A stretch of DNA of 63,070 bases, filler included, from Neolecta irregularis DAH-3 (lineage: Eukaryota): NCBI GenBank assembly GCA_001929475.1. It is 9 parts of 9 records of this genome, joined end to end, with 100 filler letters (N's around TTAATTAATTAA, not from the genome) between each part and the next. Parts side by side here need not be neighbours in the genome. Positions count along the whole stretch, not along the records: positions 1 to 8,704 come from LXFE01000505.1; positions 8,805 to 10,768 come from LXFE01003998.1; positions 10,869 to 26,456 come from LXFE01004010.1; 6 more parts are not named here. One strand, given 5' to 3'. Below, in pieces: positions 1 to 13,800 of the stretch. Each line of letters opens with the position of its first letter. Position 1 is the first letter of the stretch. The position numbers were made by a program, and so were the translations under genes. The notes under the pieces are model-generated. The model saw nothing but the letters and a program-made list of their open reading frames with translations. It had not been told where the DNA came from and did no database searches.

Positions 1-2861
1 CGAGCTGAGTATCGACGAGGACCACGTCGTCTATGTCATTGAGAAGGGCGATGATGACTGGTGGAAGGTCAAGCGGAAGCCTGCACCTGGTCAGGACGAG
101 GGTCCGTCAGGGCTGGTGCCTAGCAATTATCTCGAACAAGTGCCCGGCTCCTCTTTTTCACAGCTCATCATCTGCAGATCCCCCCCCTCTCCAAAGCGAT
201 AACCCTCTACGAGTACAACCGCCAGACAGACGAGGAGATCTCGTTCCCAGAAGACGTCCATGTCGATGTATTTGACAAGGACGACCCCGACTGGTACTTT
301 GTTCACCACGAGGGCGAATACGGATTCGCCCCATCAAATTATCTGGAAGAAACCGCGGCTGATCGGATTTGTTCCCCGGAATTATCACCTGCCCAAGAAC
401 AGCATGATGATGAGTATCCAGACTACACACACGACCCCACTCGGAATTCTGTTTTGACACCGCAACGAGAACCACCTGTTTCAGCCCCTCCATTACCCGC
501 ACCCCCACAGCTTCCTCTCAATATCCTCTCCAGATCCACAGATTCACGGCAGCATCGACCTGCAAGTCCAGAGCATGCGGTACTCATCTTTGCCAAAAGT
601 CCCTTCATGGTCTAGATTCCAAATGCTTACAGCAATCCCCAAGACCACTACGCGGTACGCCGGTCTGAAGATTCATCTGTTTTTCCTTCCCCGACAATTC
701 CAAAGGGAGTCAAAACGTGGCCCGTGCAAGAAATTCACAAAAAGAATAAGAAAAGAAAGGCCACATTAGGTCTTGGAAGCAATACTATTATAATAGCTAC
801 AAAAGATGACGGTGTAATCATCCTGCTCCACTTCCTCTCTAAGTATCCAGGATGGGCTGCAACAATGGCCAATAACGTCAATAATTGAATATTCCTCTGA
901 ACGCAAACATGTTTTTATCGATCTTGCTGCGCCCCCACGGAGCGCCTCCTTTGATTTTCACGCTGGCTCCAAGGAAATTGCCGAGCAAATTGTGTCTGCG
1001 ATAGGAGAAATGGTTGGCGCTGTCCGGGCCCCAGGGTTGCGCGAAATAGCAGCAGCAATCGGCTCGCCCATGGAACCATTGCCTGAATCAAGCGCCTTGG
1101 CCCACCGTAACCAAACCTTTAAGAAGGGAATTATGCTCTACGACTTTGCGGCCCAAGGAGATGACGAATTGAGCGTCAAGGCGGAACAGGAAGTTGTTAT
1201 TCTTGATGATTATTCAAATGAGGATTGGTGGAAATGCAGGATCGGCAAAAGAGAGGGGGTAATTCCATCCAGTTATATTGAAGTCAAAACAAAACTTGCC
1301 AAAGCTGCAAAGAAAGACGCTGAAGTTTCCAGGAACCGCGAATGTATGTCTTTATGTTTCGTTTGTTTCTGATGTAAGCACTTGTTTGGGGCCCACGTTC
1401 CTCGACTTTGGAAGATTCCCAGCAATCTCAAAGTATCTCTTTTGAATTCTAAACCTGATTATCTAGAACCTGATCTGACAAAAGTCCGCGAGTGGACCGA
1501 TCGGACTCGATCTTTTAAAGTGGAAGCGCAATTCATGGGCTGCACTGACGGGAAAATCCATCTTCATAAAACTAACGGAGTCAAAATTGCTGTTCCTGTT
1601 CAAAAGATGTCTATCGACGATATTAATTTCGTCGAAAGAGTAACTGGAAAATCGCTAAAGGAAGATAAACCACTGTCTGACGTCAAAAGAGAACAAGCGA
1701 CGTCAGAACAAGCGTCAGAACAAACGACGTCAGAACAAACTACGTCTAAAGTTCAAAATAATAGCAATTTTGACTGGTTTGAATTCTTCCTTGCTTGTGA
1801 AATCGATCACAATGCATGTCAGCGGTATACCACGAATTTCGAAAAGGATGATATAGATGAATCGCTGATTCCTGATTTGACGGCGGATGTGTTGCGAACA
1901 CTTGGAGTGAAAGAAGGGCATATACTTCGTATAATGCGATACATTGAAGCCAAGCACGGAAAACGCAAAGCATCTCGAAACGTTAGTTTTGGCAGCACAG
2001 AGTATATCCAGGCTGATTCTCAGATTAAAACGGATGAAGAGTACGCTCGACAAGTTCAGGCTGACGAGCGTCGAAATCGGCCGGTTGGAGATGAAAGGAA
2101 ATTCAAGGACAGTCTTCAATCGGTGCTTACTATTGAACCTACAAATAAAACTGCTCAGCCCTTGTTCTCGAATGGACCGGATGGGACGTTGCGGAATAAT
2201 ACAAGAAAAGGCAGACCACAGCAAACGAGAAGTGTAAGCGATACAGTGGATCCCAACGCTTTTAAACAGAATGTTGGGTCTGATTTGCCTGATCGGATTA
2301 TCAGTTCTGCGGGTGCAGTTGCGACATCGGGCTTTGACGATGATGCTTGGATTCCTAAACCTGCTCAATCTCCTCGGTCGATCCAGATAGTTACTCCTGC
2401 TCCAGTCTCGTCGTCTACTAATTTGAATGATCTAATTACGCTTGAGTCGGTGCCCAGTCAAAATCTATCCCCGGGCTATGTCTCCCCTCAGGGTAACGCG
2501 GCAGGACCACCTGTGGCATTCCACCCATATCCGCTCGGTCAATCGCAAATCGTTCCCAAAAGTCAGCCTCAATATAATGCGGTTCTGTACCAGCCCCCTC
2601 ACCAGGGCAATATGGCAATGCAAGCCGATCCCAACACAGGAAACGCACAATTCGCGGTAGCAAGATCAAGACCGACTTGTGCGCTAAATTCTCAAAACGT
2701 AAACTCGTTGACGCTGAATGTCCGACAACCACAATTCACGGTCAATCCGCAACCACAACCATCGTCGAATGTCCGACAACCAGTTCCACAATTCACGGTC
2801 AATCCGCAGCCACAACCATCGTCGAATGTCCAACCACAATTCACAGGCCAGGTCAATCCGC
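1..2861 (+). CDS. SLA1: Actin cytoskeleton/endocytic adaptor Sla1 (three SH3 domains, SHD1, SAM-like SHD2); multi-exon, 5' and 3' incomplete
   Basis: SH3 motifs DDDWWKV..GLVPSNYLEQ, DPDWYF..GFAPSNYLEE and LYDFAAQGDDELSV..GVIPSSYIE; SHD1 VREWTDRTRSFKVEAQF..KIHLHKTNGVKIAVPV; FDWFEFFLAC..LRTLGVKEGHILRIM; RNNTRKGRP; QFTG-type repeats before a 10-N gap. Confidence 0.93.
2716..2860 (+). repeat. Coding tandem repeat (QPQFTVNPQPQPSSNV), about 2.5 units
   Basis: ccacaattcacggtcaatccgca(a/g)ccacaaccatcgtcgaatgtcc repeated within SLA1. Confidence 0.85.
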
Positions 2862-3805
2862 NNNNNNNNNNAGTCATCCACATGTCTCTCAGTGTCTTAC
2901 TCACCAGCATCATCTCATCCGGAGCAAGTGTTTGAGTTGTGGCACCCATCGACTCGACAAATCCAGCCCCACCTAGGCTACATACGCCATGGAGTCTATA
3001 TTGGAGGTGGCTGATGGGTACATTTAATGCTTGTTTAGCGTTCGATCTTGATCGGTATTCCGCAGCGAAGCCGTCATAGGACTCGAGGATCTAGGGCCGA
3101 TATCCACCCAGAGTCTACGTAAGGACCCACCATCCGGATTAGCTTTGATGGCGTCCTAACGAATCAACTGTGAGACAGGGAAAGACAAAAGGTTAAGAGT
3201 GTCTGAATGTGTATAAAGCCGGTCTAGAAGTACGTAGACCATGACATCGTGGCACTATTTCAACAAGCAGTGAAGTCAACCCTCCATAATATCGATGTTA
3301 AATATGACCTGATCAATTACTATCCCTCCTTGGACATCGATGGACAAAATATATCGATAATCGCATTGAACTACATTTTACACGCACTTCTCGAACCTGA
3401 AAGGCTTTCAGATATCCATCCTGTTCACCCAAATGGGGCTGAGCTTATATTTTATCGAGACCTGGTAACTGCTGTGCTCTCCAACTTTTATGCACGGGAT
3501 GGGATAGCTACGTTTAGATCCAACTTGCATTCAAAGCTCAATGTGAAGCAGTTTAATGACATCTCATTCAATGCACACAACTAATAATACTCAAATGTAT
3601 GTTATCAAGGGTCAAAGTGGTTTGTTTAGGGTTAAATATTTATGCTTGCTCTGAGTTAGTTAGGGTTATAGGGACATAAGCTGTGTCCATCAATCAATCA
3701 GGTTGTCAATCAGGGATTGATTGATTGATTATATAATCAATCAATGCATTCATGCTTACACTCCTCTCCTTACCAAAAAACGTGGGAAAATGCCAATAGC
3801 GTCAA

Positions 3806-3867
3806 TACGTCTACTTGGGCTAGTTATAACACTTGGTCTTATCATACTTCTAAGCGCATAGCTTACA
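3806..3867 (+). mobile_element. Partial solo LTR of the element at 10637-10766
   Basis: tacgtctacttgggctagttataacacttggtcttatcatacttctaagcgcatagcttaca is nearly identical to the reverse complement of 10637-10698; similarity ends exactly at ..TTACA. Confidence 0.8.
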
Positions 3868-4105
3868 TCTCGGCGCAAAGATGAACGACTCGTATATCGT
3901 CTGGTGCGACTTCATTTTTAAGGTCAAATACCTATTGTCCGAAATGCTTATTTTCGAGGAACTGGGTAAACAGGTCAAAGGTGAAACATCGGGAAATTAC
4001 AGCGAACTTTTGGTTGCTTTAATCGAAGGGTAAACTACAATAATAGCGGGACGTTGCCGAGAATATTGTGGTAAAAATGTCCAACGCTTCAACAAAAAAT
4101 GCAAT

Positions 4106-7140
<3,035 letters not shown>

Positions 7141-7447
7141 AGGCGAGGATCTATGAATATTTGATTGTTAGAGAGGGAAAATGGGGTTGATTCTGGTGTG
7201 AATGATTTACCGAAAAGGTTGTTGAGAGAGATTTGGTAATCGCGTGATAAAAACAATGATATTTACATACTGTATCAAAATTTGCATTTCTGCTATTCTA
7301 CACGATTAATCCTCCCATGTTTTCTGAAAGGAAAAAAAAGAAGGAACGAGCTAGTCAGTCTATATACACGATGGATCCGCCATCATAACCTGGGCCTGGC
7401 TCATCAACCAAGTTACATTTGATAGAACAAAGATAGCCAGGGGTGAA

Positions 7448-8190
7448 CTAGATGACTCCGAGATAATCCTCCTTAATGCTAGCAATTGCAAACTATGAGG
7501 TGTGAGTATTTTCTTTTGAGGATGAGGTGGATACGATCTCGGTTGCATCAGTCCTTGTGCCTATAATCCGCAGGCGTACTTTTGCACCTTTTTCGATGAT
7601 CTAGAGAGGATCAACGGTTAGATGTAGATGTATCTACCTGGTCGTCGGAGGCATATGAAGGGGGATTGCTGCTCGGTTCCCACTTCATATCGCTGGGTAG
7701 GGACTAGAGGATGGGCGATACTAGGCAAGGAGGAGATTTACATGTACAGAGACAAACACCCTCATGGGTCCGACATCTGCAAAGAATCCCATCTGTCCTG
7801 ATAAGCAAGATTATGCGAAAGCGCAACCTTGTTGACGATCTGTACAGTTGCATCAACCACTTCGCCCTGGGACGATTAATACAAACTCAGGATGGCCCAA
7901 GATACCTTGAAGGGCTTGAACAAGACGGCTTTGTAGAGCACGGAGAATTCTGCCATTCCTGTGCCAGGGACTATTTTGCCAGCGCCGATTTCTATCTTGT
8001 TTGAATCGAGAACGCAGACGATGTAGCCGTGCTGGCCTGTGCAAGTCCCTTCGACTTCTGCGAGCAGCCGGATTTTGAGAAAGTCGCGCAGTCTGGGGCC
8101 GAAGCAGGACGGGTGGAGTGCAATTGTACGAGTCAGATCTTTCTGAGGGGGTAAGAAAGGAGAAAGCGGGTGGTTTACGAGAAAAAACAT
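7448..8190 (-). CDS. RPB7: RNA polymerase II subunit Rpb7, multi-exon
   Basis: MFFL|KDLTRTIALHPSCFGP..EVEGTCTGQHGYIVCV..YKAVLFKPFK; C-terminus FAIASIKEDYLGVI*. Confidence 0.96.
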
Positions 8191-8452
8191 TGCGTAGATG
8201 GGTAGCAGAGCAGCACTGCTGCAAGAAAAAAGAAAAAAAGCTGGCAAAGGAGGCGGAGAGTGTTTGGGGGTGGGCGATCGGGGAGTCACGGAGAGCGTAG
8301 CGGAAATAAACGGAATAGCCGCTCTGGAAGAGGAGCGGAGTTTTAAATCCCGCGAATGCCCTCTCCCCACTCCCGCTGTGCTACTCCACCATCACCACAC
8401 TCATCTCCCTACCATCCATTGCCATTCTATACTTAGCACTCGCAGAATACTC

Positions 8453-8704
8453 ATGGCCGCCAGCGGTCTGTTTGTCGGTATTGCGCGTGCAATCTACGCC
8501 TATGCCGCACAAACGCCCGACGAGCTGAGTATCGACGAGGACCACGTCGTCTATGTCATTGAGAAGGGCGATGATGACTGGTGGAAAGTCAAGCGGAAGC
8601 CTGCACCTGGTCAGGACGAGGGTCCGTCAGGGCTGGTTCCTAGCAATTATCTCGAACAAGTGCCCGGCTCCTCTTTTTCACAGCTCATCATCTGCAGATC
8701 CCCC
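8453..8704 (+). CDS. SLA1: Sla1 5' end (start codon and first SH3), truncated by scaffold end
   Basis: MAASGLFVGIARAIYAYAAQTPDELSIDED..WWKV..GLVPSNYLEQ; 8521-8704 matches 1-184 with two substitutions. Confidence 0.9.
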
Positions 8705-8804
8705 NNNNNNNNNNNNNNNNNNNNNNNNNNNNNNNNNNNNNNNNNNNNTTAATTAATTAANNNNNNNNNNNNNNNNNNNNNNNNNNNNNNNNNNNNNNNN
8801 NNNN
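8705..8804. other. Artificial scaffold-joining spacer N-TTAATTAATTAA-N (also at 10769-10868, 26457-26556, 38432-38531, 43939-44038, 53329-53428, 58418-58517, 61688-61786)
   Basis: Identical 12-mer with stops in all six frames, embedded in ~100-nt N blocks, occurring eight times. Confidence 0.97.
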
Positions 8805-9599
8805 GAAATTTCCAAAATTTCAACTTATAGCTGTTTCTGCGACAGAAACTCTTGATCGATCATAAAAAAAATGTAAGCTATGCGCTTAGAAGTACGATAA
8901 GACCAAGTGTTATAACTAGCCTAAGTAGACNNNNNNNNNNGTGCAGCTCGCAAATGTGTAAGAGCAAATGGCTGACTCTTCTTCCACCCGGATGTGTCTG
9001 AATGTGGGCATGTGGTTCGAAATTACTACGCAGCCAATATTTCCATCGTAGTGCTTGGCATAGCATGCTAGTCGGAGGAGTGCGGTAAGATTCGACGCTG
9101 AATGGCGGATGCGGCGCAGGCCTGAACTGAGGTCCTGTGGGGACAGCGCAGAAGAGTAAGAGGGTGAGAAGCAGGTACTGGATGTTTTCGTTGAGCCAGA
9201 AGCGGGACAGGGCGGGTCAGGCAAGGAGGAGGCTGCGGATTATGGCGCATGGAGGAGGCAGGGCCGCTCATGGCAGTAGTGGATGGTGGTAAAGGGGGGA
9301 GGCATTTGAGTAGATTTAGCCTAGCTGGTGTGGGTTGGCATCTGTGGAGGAGTAGAGGCTGTAGTCTTGGGGCTGGACGAAGGTCTGGAGATCTTCGAGA
9401 GGCAGGCAAGCGGGAGAGGCATGCGAGGCGGGCACGCGAGAATGGAGAAGCGGGCGAGATAGGAGCGAAAGGTGGAGACGGGCGTGCCGCGTCAGGAGGG
9501 CGAAATAGGAGAGGCGACCTGTCGCGCTGACGAGGCCGGTAGGAAGGCGGTTAGGGAGGAGACAGAAGAAGAAGCTCTGCATAGTATGTTTTAATATCA

Positions 9600-9902
9600 C
9601 TTGAAAAGATGATGGAGGCGAGGATGAGGGAGCGCATGTGCGGGCCGTACAGCGCGCCGCCGATGTCGCCAAAGGAGCCGTCGACGGCGGCGCGCGTGTC
9701 GATGAGCAGGAGGAAGCAGTACAGCGAGACGCTGGCCACGGCGAGCAGCAGCAGCGCGGAGAGGAGCAAGCCGCCGTTGGCGAAGCTGCGATGTTAGCAC
9801 GGAGCCGGCGCCGCTGGGCGGGCACGCCTTGGGCAGAAACAGCACGTCGGTGCCGACAAAGGACTTGAGCAGCAGCAGCACCGCCTTTGTGAGGGACAAG
9901 GG
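9600..9902 (-). pseudogene. Internal fragment of a vacuolar amino-acid transporter gene (Avt3/Avt4-like, AAAP family) with one intron (9786-9825)
   Basis: Spliced read KAVLLLLKSFVGTDVLFLPKA|FANGGLLLSALLLLAVASVSLYCFLLLIDTR..GSFGDIGGALYGPHMRSLILASIIFS; intron GT..GCTAAC..CAG. Confidence 0.88.
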
Positions 9903-9964
9903 CAGCAGCATAGGAAAAAGCCCATGGGCCGGGCCAGACCCTCAAAAAATCCCATGGGCTTTTT

Positions 9965-10512
9965 TCAATTACTAATTTTAGTGCAGCATCCACTGCTTGT
10001 TGAAGTGATGTCATCATAGCCAGGTGTGCACTGAGTGTAATTTGAATATTCCATTTAAGACCCTGTACAAATCGGCAGACCATCAATGCTTCAGGATACA
10101 TTGATGGATTCAACTGGTTCCATAATTCTTGAAACTCTGCTGCATAGTCGGCTACTGGATGAACGCCCTGTTTCAGGCTCTCAAATTGAACTTGAATAGC
10201 TGAAACATTCTCTACCGGTAAAAATCTTTCGGAAAACTTTTTAAACAATATTTCCAGATCCGTAATCTCTTTCTCATGCGCATCGAACCAGATGGATGCC
10301 TCATCCGTCAGGGAACATGCCACTTCAAGCAATAATGACACTTTCGACTGTTTGCCCACATGGTGGTGCAATCTCACAAGACGTTGGGTCACGCTCAGCC
10401 AAGCCTGAACTGACTTGACTGACTTGTCCAAACCCGAGAAGGTTGGTAGTGCCCAGTGGGACATCTCCAATGCTGCATCCTCGTTCTTGACATCTCCAGT
10501 ATTGGTTGACAT
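9965..10512 (-). CDS. Ty3/gypsy-type Gag capsid-like region (5' part of ORF 9316-10512)
   Basis: LPTFSG..VQAWL..ACSLTDEASIWF..FSERFLP..FESLKQGVHPVADYAAEFQEL..FVQGLKWNIQ..SLQQAVDAAL follows the retrotransposon gag pattern. Confidence 0.82.
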
Positions 10513-10636
10513 TGTTGCTACTTTGCATTTGTTGTTTTACACTCGGTATGGTGTCTTTCTTGCTCTTGTTGAAATTTCCAAAATTTCAACTTATAGCTGT
10601 TTCTGCGACAGAAACTCTTGATCGATCATAAAAAAA

Positions 10637-10766
10637 TGTAAGCTATGCGCTTAGAAGTACGATAAGACCAAGTGTTATAACTAGCCTAAGTAGACGTACT
10701 TGATGAGGGGAACATACCTAGCCTAAGTAGACGTACTTGGCTAAGTATTTCCCCATTCCCGTCACT
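10637..10766 (-). repeat. Putative LTR (~130 bp) containing a 22-bp internal direct repeat
   Basis: Minus strand ends ..gcttaca; ctagcctaagtagacgtacttg occurs at 10681-10702 and 10718-10739; partial copies at 3806 and 8872. Confidence 0.7.
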
Positions 10767-10868
10767 ATNNNNNNNNNNNNNNNNNNNNNNNNNNNNNNNN
10801 NNNNNNNNNNNNTTAATTAATTAANNNNNNNNNNNNNNNNNNNNNNNNNNNNNNNNNNNNNNNNNNNN

Positions 10869-13800
10869 CCGTTCTTTTCGACTATTCGTAACTTTAGATC
10901 TCAAATCCCATTCTTTTTGCGCATTCTCAACAGCGGCTTTATTCCGCTCCGCAATCTCGTTCTCAAACTCAATAGTCTTGGCTGCAAGACTAGCTTCCAC
11001 AGCCTGCTGAATCTCCTCTTGTCGCTTCGCAATATCTTGAGCTTGTATCTGTTCGACACGCTTGGCGACAATACCTTCCACATGAGTTTTTAATGCACTC
11101 CGTCCCTTTTCTCGAATTTGTTCCATTTCCTGCGAGTAGTGTAAAGCTAGTTCTGCTTCCCGGGCAGCCGCAGATTCTTCCCACTTGCTCTGTTCTTGCT
11201 TGATTCGCTCCAGCACCGCAGATTCCATGTCTATTGCGGTTTCGTGCACACTGTTGACTTGGGAAAGAGCTTGTCCAATGGCCTCGGCAACAGCGTTAGC
11301 CTTTTCCTCTTCAAATTCTACTCGAATCGTTTCAATCCGACTTTGCACTAGAGCTTCAACGTCCACTGATGCATCCTGCGACGTTTCAGCCAGCCGCTTG
11401 GCAACTTCTTCCTCCACCGATTCTGTCGTTGCAGCCTGGGATGGACCAGTTCTAGCAGCCTCACTCTCGGCAATTTGTTTCTTGGCAGCGAGCAACTGAT
11501 CCTTCATCTTCAACGCTTGTTTTCGAACATTACTTTCCGCTGTTCTCGCGCTTACTAATTCTTGATCTCGCTGGGCGATCGCAAAATTAAATTCTTCCTC
11601 CTTTTGCGCTGATTCCTGCACTAATCGTTCGACCTCTTTTAACAAAGCGGTTGATGCCTCGGTGTTATTCTCGGCGGATGCCTTGGCTGAGGCGTCTTGA
11701 ACCTGGCGAATCGCTTCATCTCGTTCTTGTCGAATTATAACTATTTCTTGTTGAATTTGTGTGTGGGATTCTCGCAGTGTGTTTAATTCCGTGGCGAGAT
11801 TCACAAGAGCTTGTTCTTTATCATCGGCATGATCTTTTCGAAGAGCAGACATCTTATCTTTACTTTGCGTCATTAACTTTTCAACTCGTTTTTTCCATCC
11901 AGCTACAATATTGTTCAACTTGGATTTGTTATCATCTGACGCCATAATAGGGAAAATACCTTATTTTCATGCTCTACATTCAAACTCTCCACTTCTTTAT
12001 TGAATTTCTCTAGACTTGAAGTCTTTTCATCCCGTTCAATAATCGCTGCTGCCAATTTATCCTTGATTTCTTGCAATTCAGCCGGATCAATTCGCTAGAT
12101 TGTGAGTATGCTATACATTTCACGCCACGTACATCATATTTTTGAAGAATTGCGTTGGTACGGTTTTTCCAACGATCACAGTCTTCTTTCAACAACACAA
12201 TCTGCTGCTCCTTCGCCTCCAATTCCGCTTCCATCTCTCCCTGTCGTTCTATCCCACTCAATACAAACATGAGAGGGGAAAATACCTCGAAGCGGGTGCA
12301 ATTGAAGAGTCAAAATCTCTATTCTAGATTGTGACTCTTGCACAACTTTAGCATATTGGGCATTTTCCGCTCGTAAAGAAGCGTTGCTTTCTCTTAAAAC
12401 ATTTGATTCGTTCACCTTTTCGAGTAATTCTTGGTGTCGTGCGCTTGATTGATTCGATTCAGCTGCTTGTTGTCGTTCCTTCTCCAATGTTGAGCGAGTC
12501 TCTTCTAATGACCGCGTAGTATGCTCGATTTGTTGTCTGAATCGTTTGCTCTCCTGGAGACATAATTCATACTGACAATCCACAATTTCTTTCTCTTTAC
12601 GTAGAAACCTGACGATTTCACGCAGTTCTTCAAGAGGTTTATCATGAGGCGTCGAGTCACTATCAACCACAACTTGTGCTGATTGCCGGATCTTGAAGGC
12701 TTGAGAAGTTACGTGTTCGAGTTGTGAATGGAGAAGAGCGTTTTGGGTGACGAGATCACTGCATCGGGTTCGGAGTTCTTCAATTTCCCGCTCAAATCGT
12801 TCTTTCTGAACTGCCCATAGAGATTCAGCGTTCGCTGAATTGTTCTTGAAGAGTTCGAGTTCCTTGTTGAGGGTGCGTGATTGCAATTCCAAGGCGGATT
12901 TGTCATCGCGAAGCTGGCTGAGAGATCGAGCTGCTTCGGCATGTTTAATTAGTTCACGATCATAGTTTGTCTGAGCTTCCCGGGCAATTCCATGGACTTT
13001 TTGAAGATCTTCTTGAAGCGCCTTGCGAGTTTCAGATGCCTGAACAAGTTCATTTTTCGTTGCGGAAAGTTCTTGCTCGAGAATCTTTCGCGATTCTTCG
13101 AGCTCCCTTCGTTTGCTCTCTTGTTGAAGACGTACTTGACTGAGCTCTTGGTTGCTTTTGTTCAATTCTTCAGTGTACATATTTATCTTTTCTTCAAGTC
13201 GAGTAATTTCAGCCTAGGCCATTAGTTTGTCACACATGTGAAGATCTCTACGTTTCGCTGAGAAGCCTCCTTCTCCATCTGTGCTTTAAATTCATCGTGA
13301 GTGGCCGTGAAATTTTCAAGAGTATCCTCGGCGGCCGCTGCAATCCTTTGATATTCCATTTCATGTACTTTGGCGTCTTTCAACTCGGTCTGGGCAAATT
13401 TCAAATCCTTTTTCAATTCAGAAACCTCAACCTGTAGTCTTTCAACTTCGGAAACCTCAGTATCCATGTTTCCTTCTCCTTGTCGTCTGTATAAAAATAC
13501 GGAAACTTTGTCCTCGGCGGATTTCAATAGAATCGTCAACTCTTCGACCCGGGAATACAAGTGCTCTTCAGATGTCTTGGTAGCAATGAATTTCTCACGA
13601 GTACTTGCAAACTCAAAATTGACCTTTTCCAATTTTTCATTGTATTCCTTGGTTTCAAACTCTCGTCGAAGATTAATTTGTTTAGCCTCGTCGCGCTCTT
13701 CGTTGATCTTGGCTTTAAGAGATTTGATTTCTGCCTCAAAATTTTCAACCTGTCTCTCGTTACGGCGTCGTTGGTCAGAATCGATTCGCTCATGATCATT

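Larger units (their letters stand above)
8805..10768 (-). mobile_element. Non-autonomous LTR-retrotransposon-like mosaic: LTR, leader, gag, MITE fragment and captured host gene fragment; no pol
   Basis: LTR-like 10637-10766 ending ..TTACA with a dispersed copy at 3806; gag ORF follows; LTR plus leader repeated at 8805-8930. Confidence 0.72.

Noticed and set aside
3249-3584. 111-aa ORF, faintly like the tail of a transposon-associated Ulp1 protease
   Set aside because: No ATG start, no catalytic Cys, no recognisable family; cannot be supported without a search
8749-8760. Recurrent TTAATTAATTAA palindrome (eight copies)
   Set aside because: Always centred in ~100-nt N blocks; an artificial six-frame-stop linker, so gene adjacency across it is meaningless
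8941-9070. Plus-strand peptides CSSQMC..WLTL and ECGHVVRNYYAANI resembling a TnpB/Fanzor C-terminal zinc ribbon
   Set aside because: Needs a frameshift, lacks the DRD.NAA.NI catalytic spacing and any RuvC motifs, and the other copies of this repeat diverge right after CGHVV
10681-10739. 22-bp direct repeat with a 15-bp spacer, superficially CRISPR-like
   Set aside because: Only two units, inside a putative LTR in a eukaryote, no cas genes
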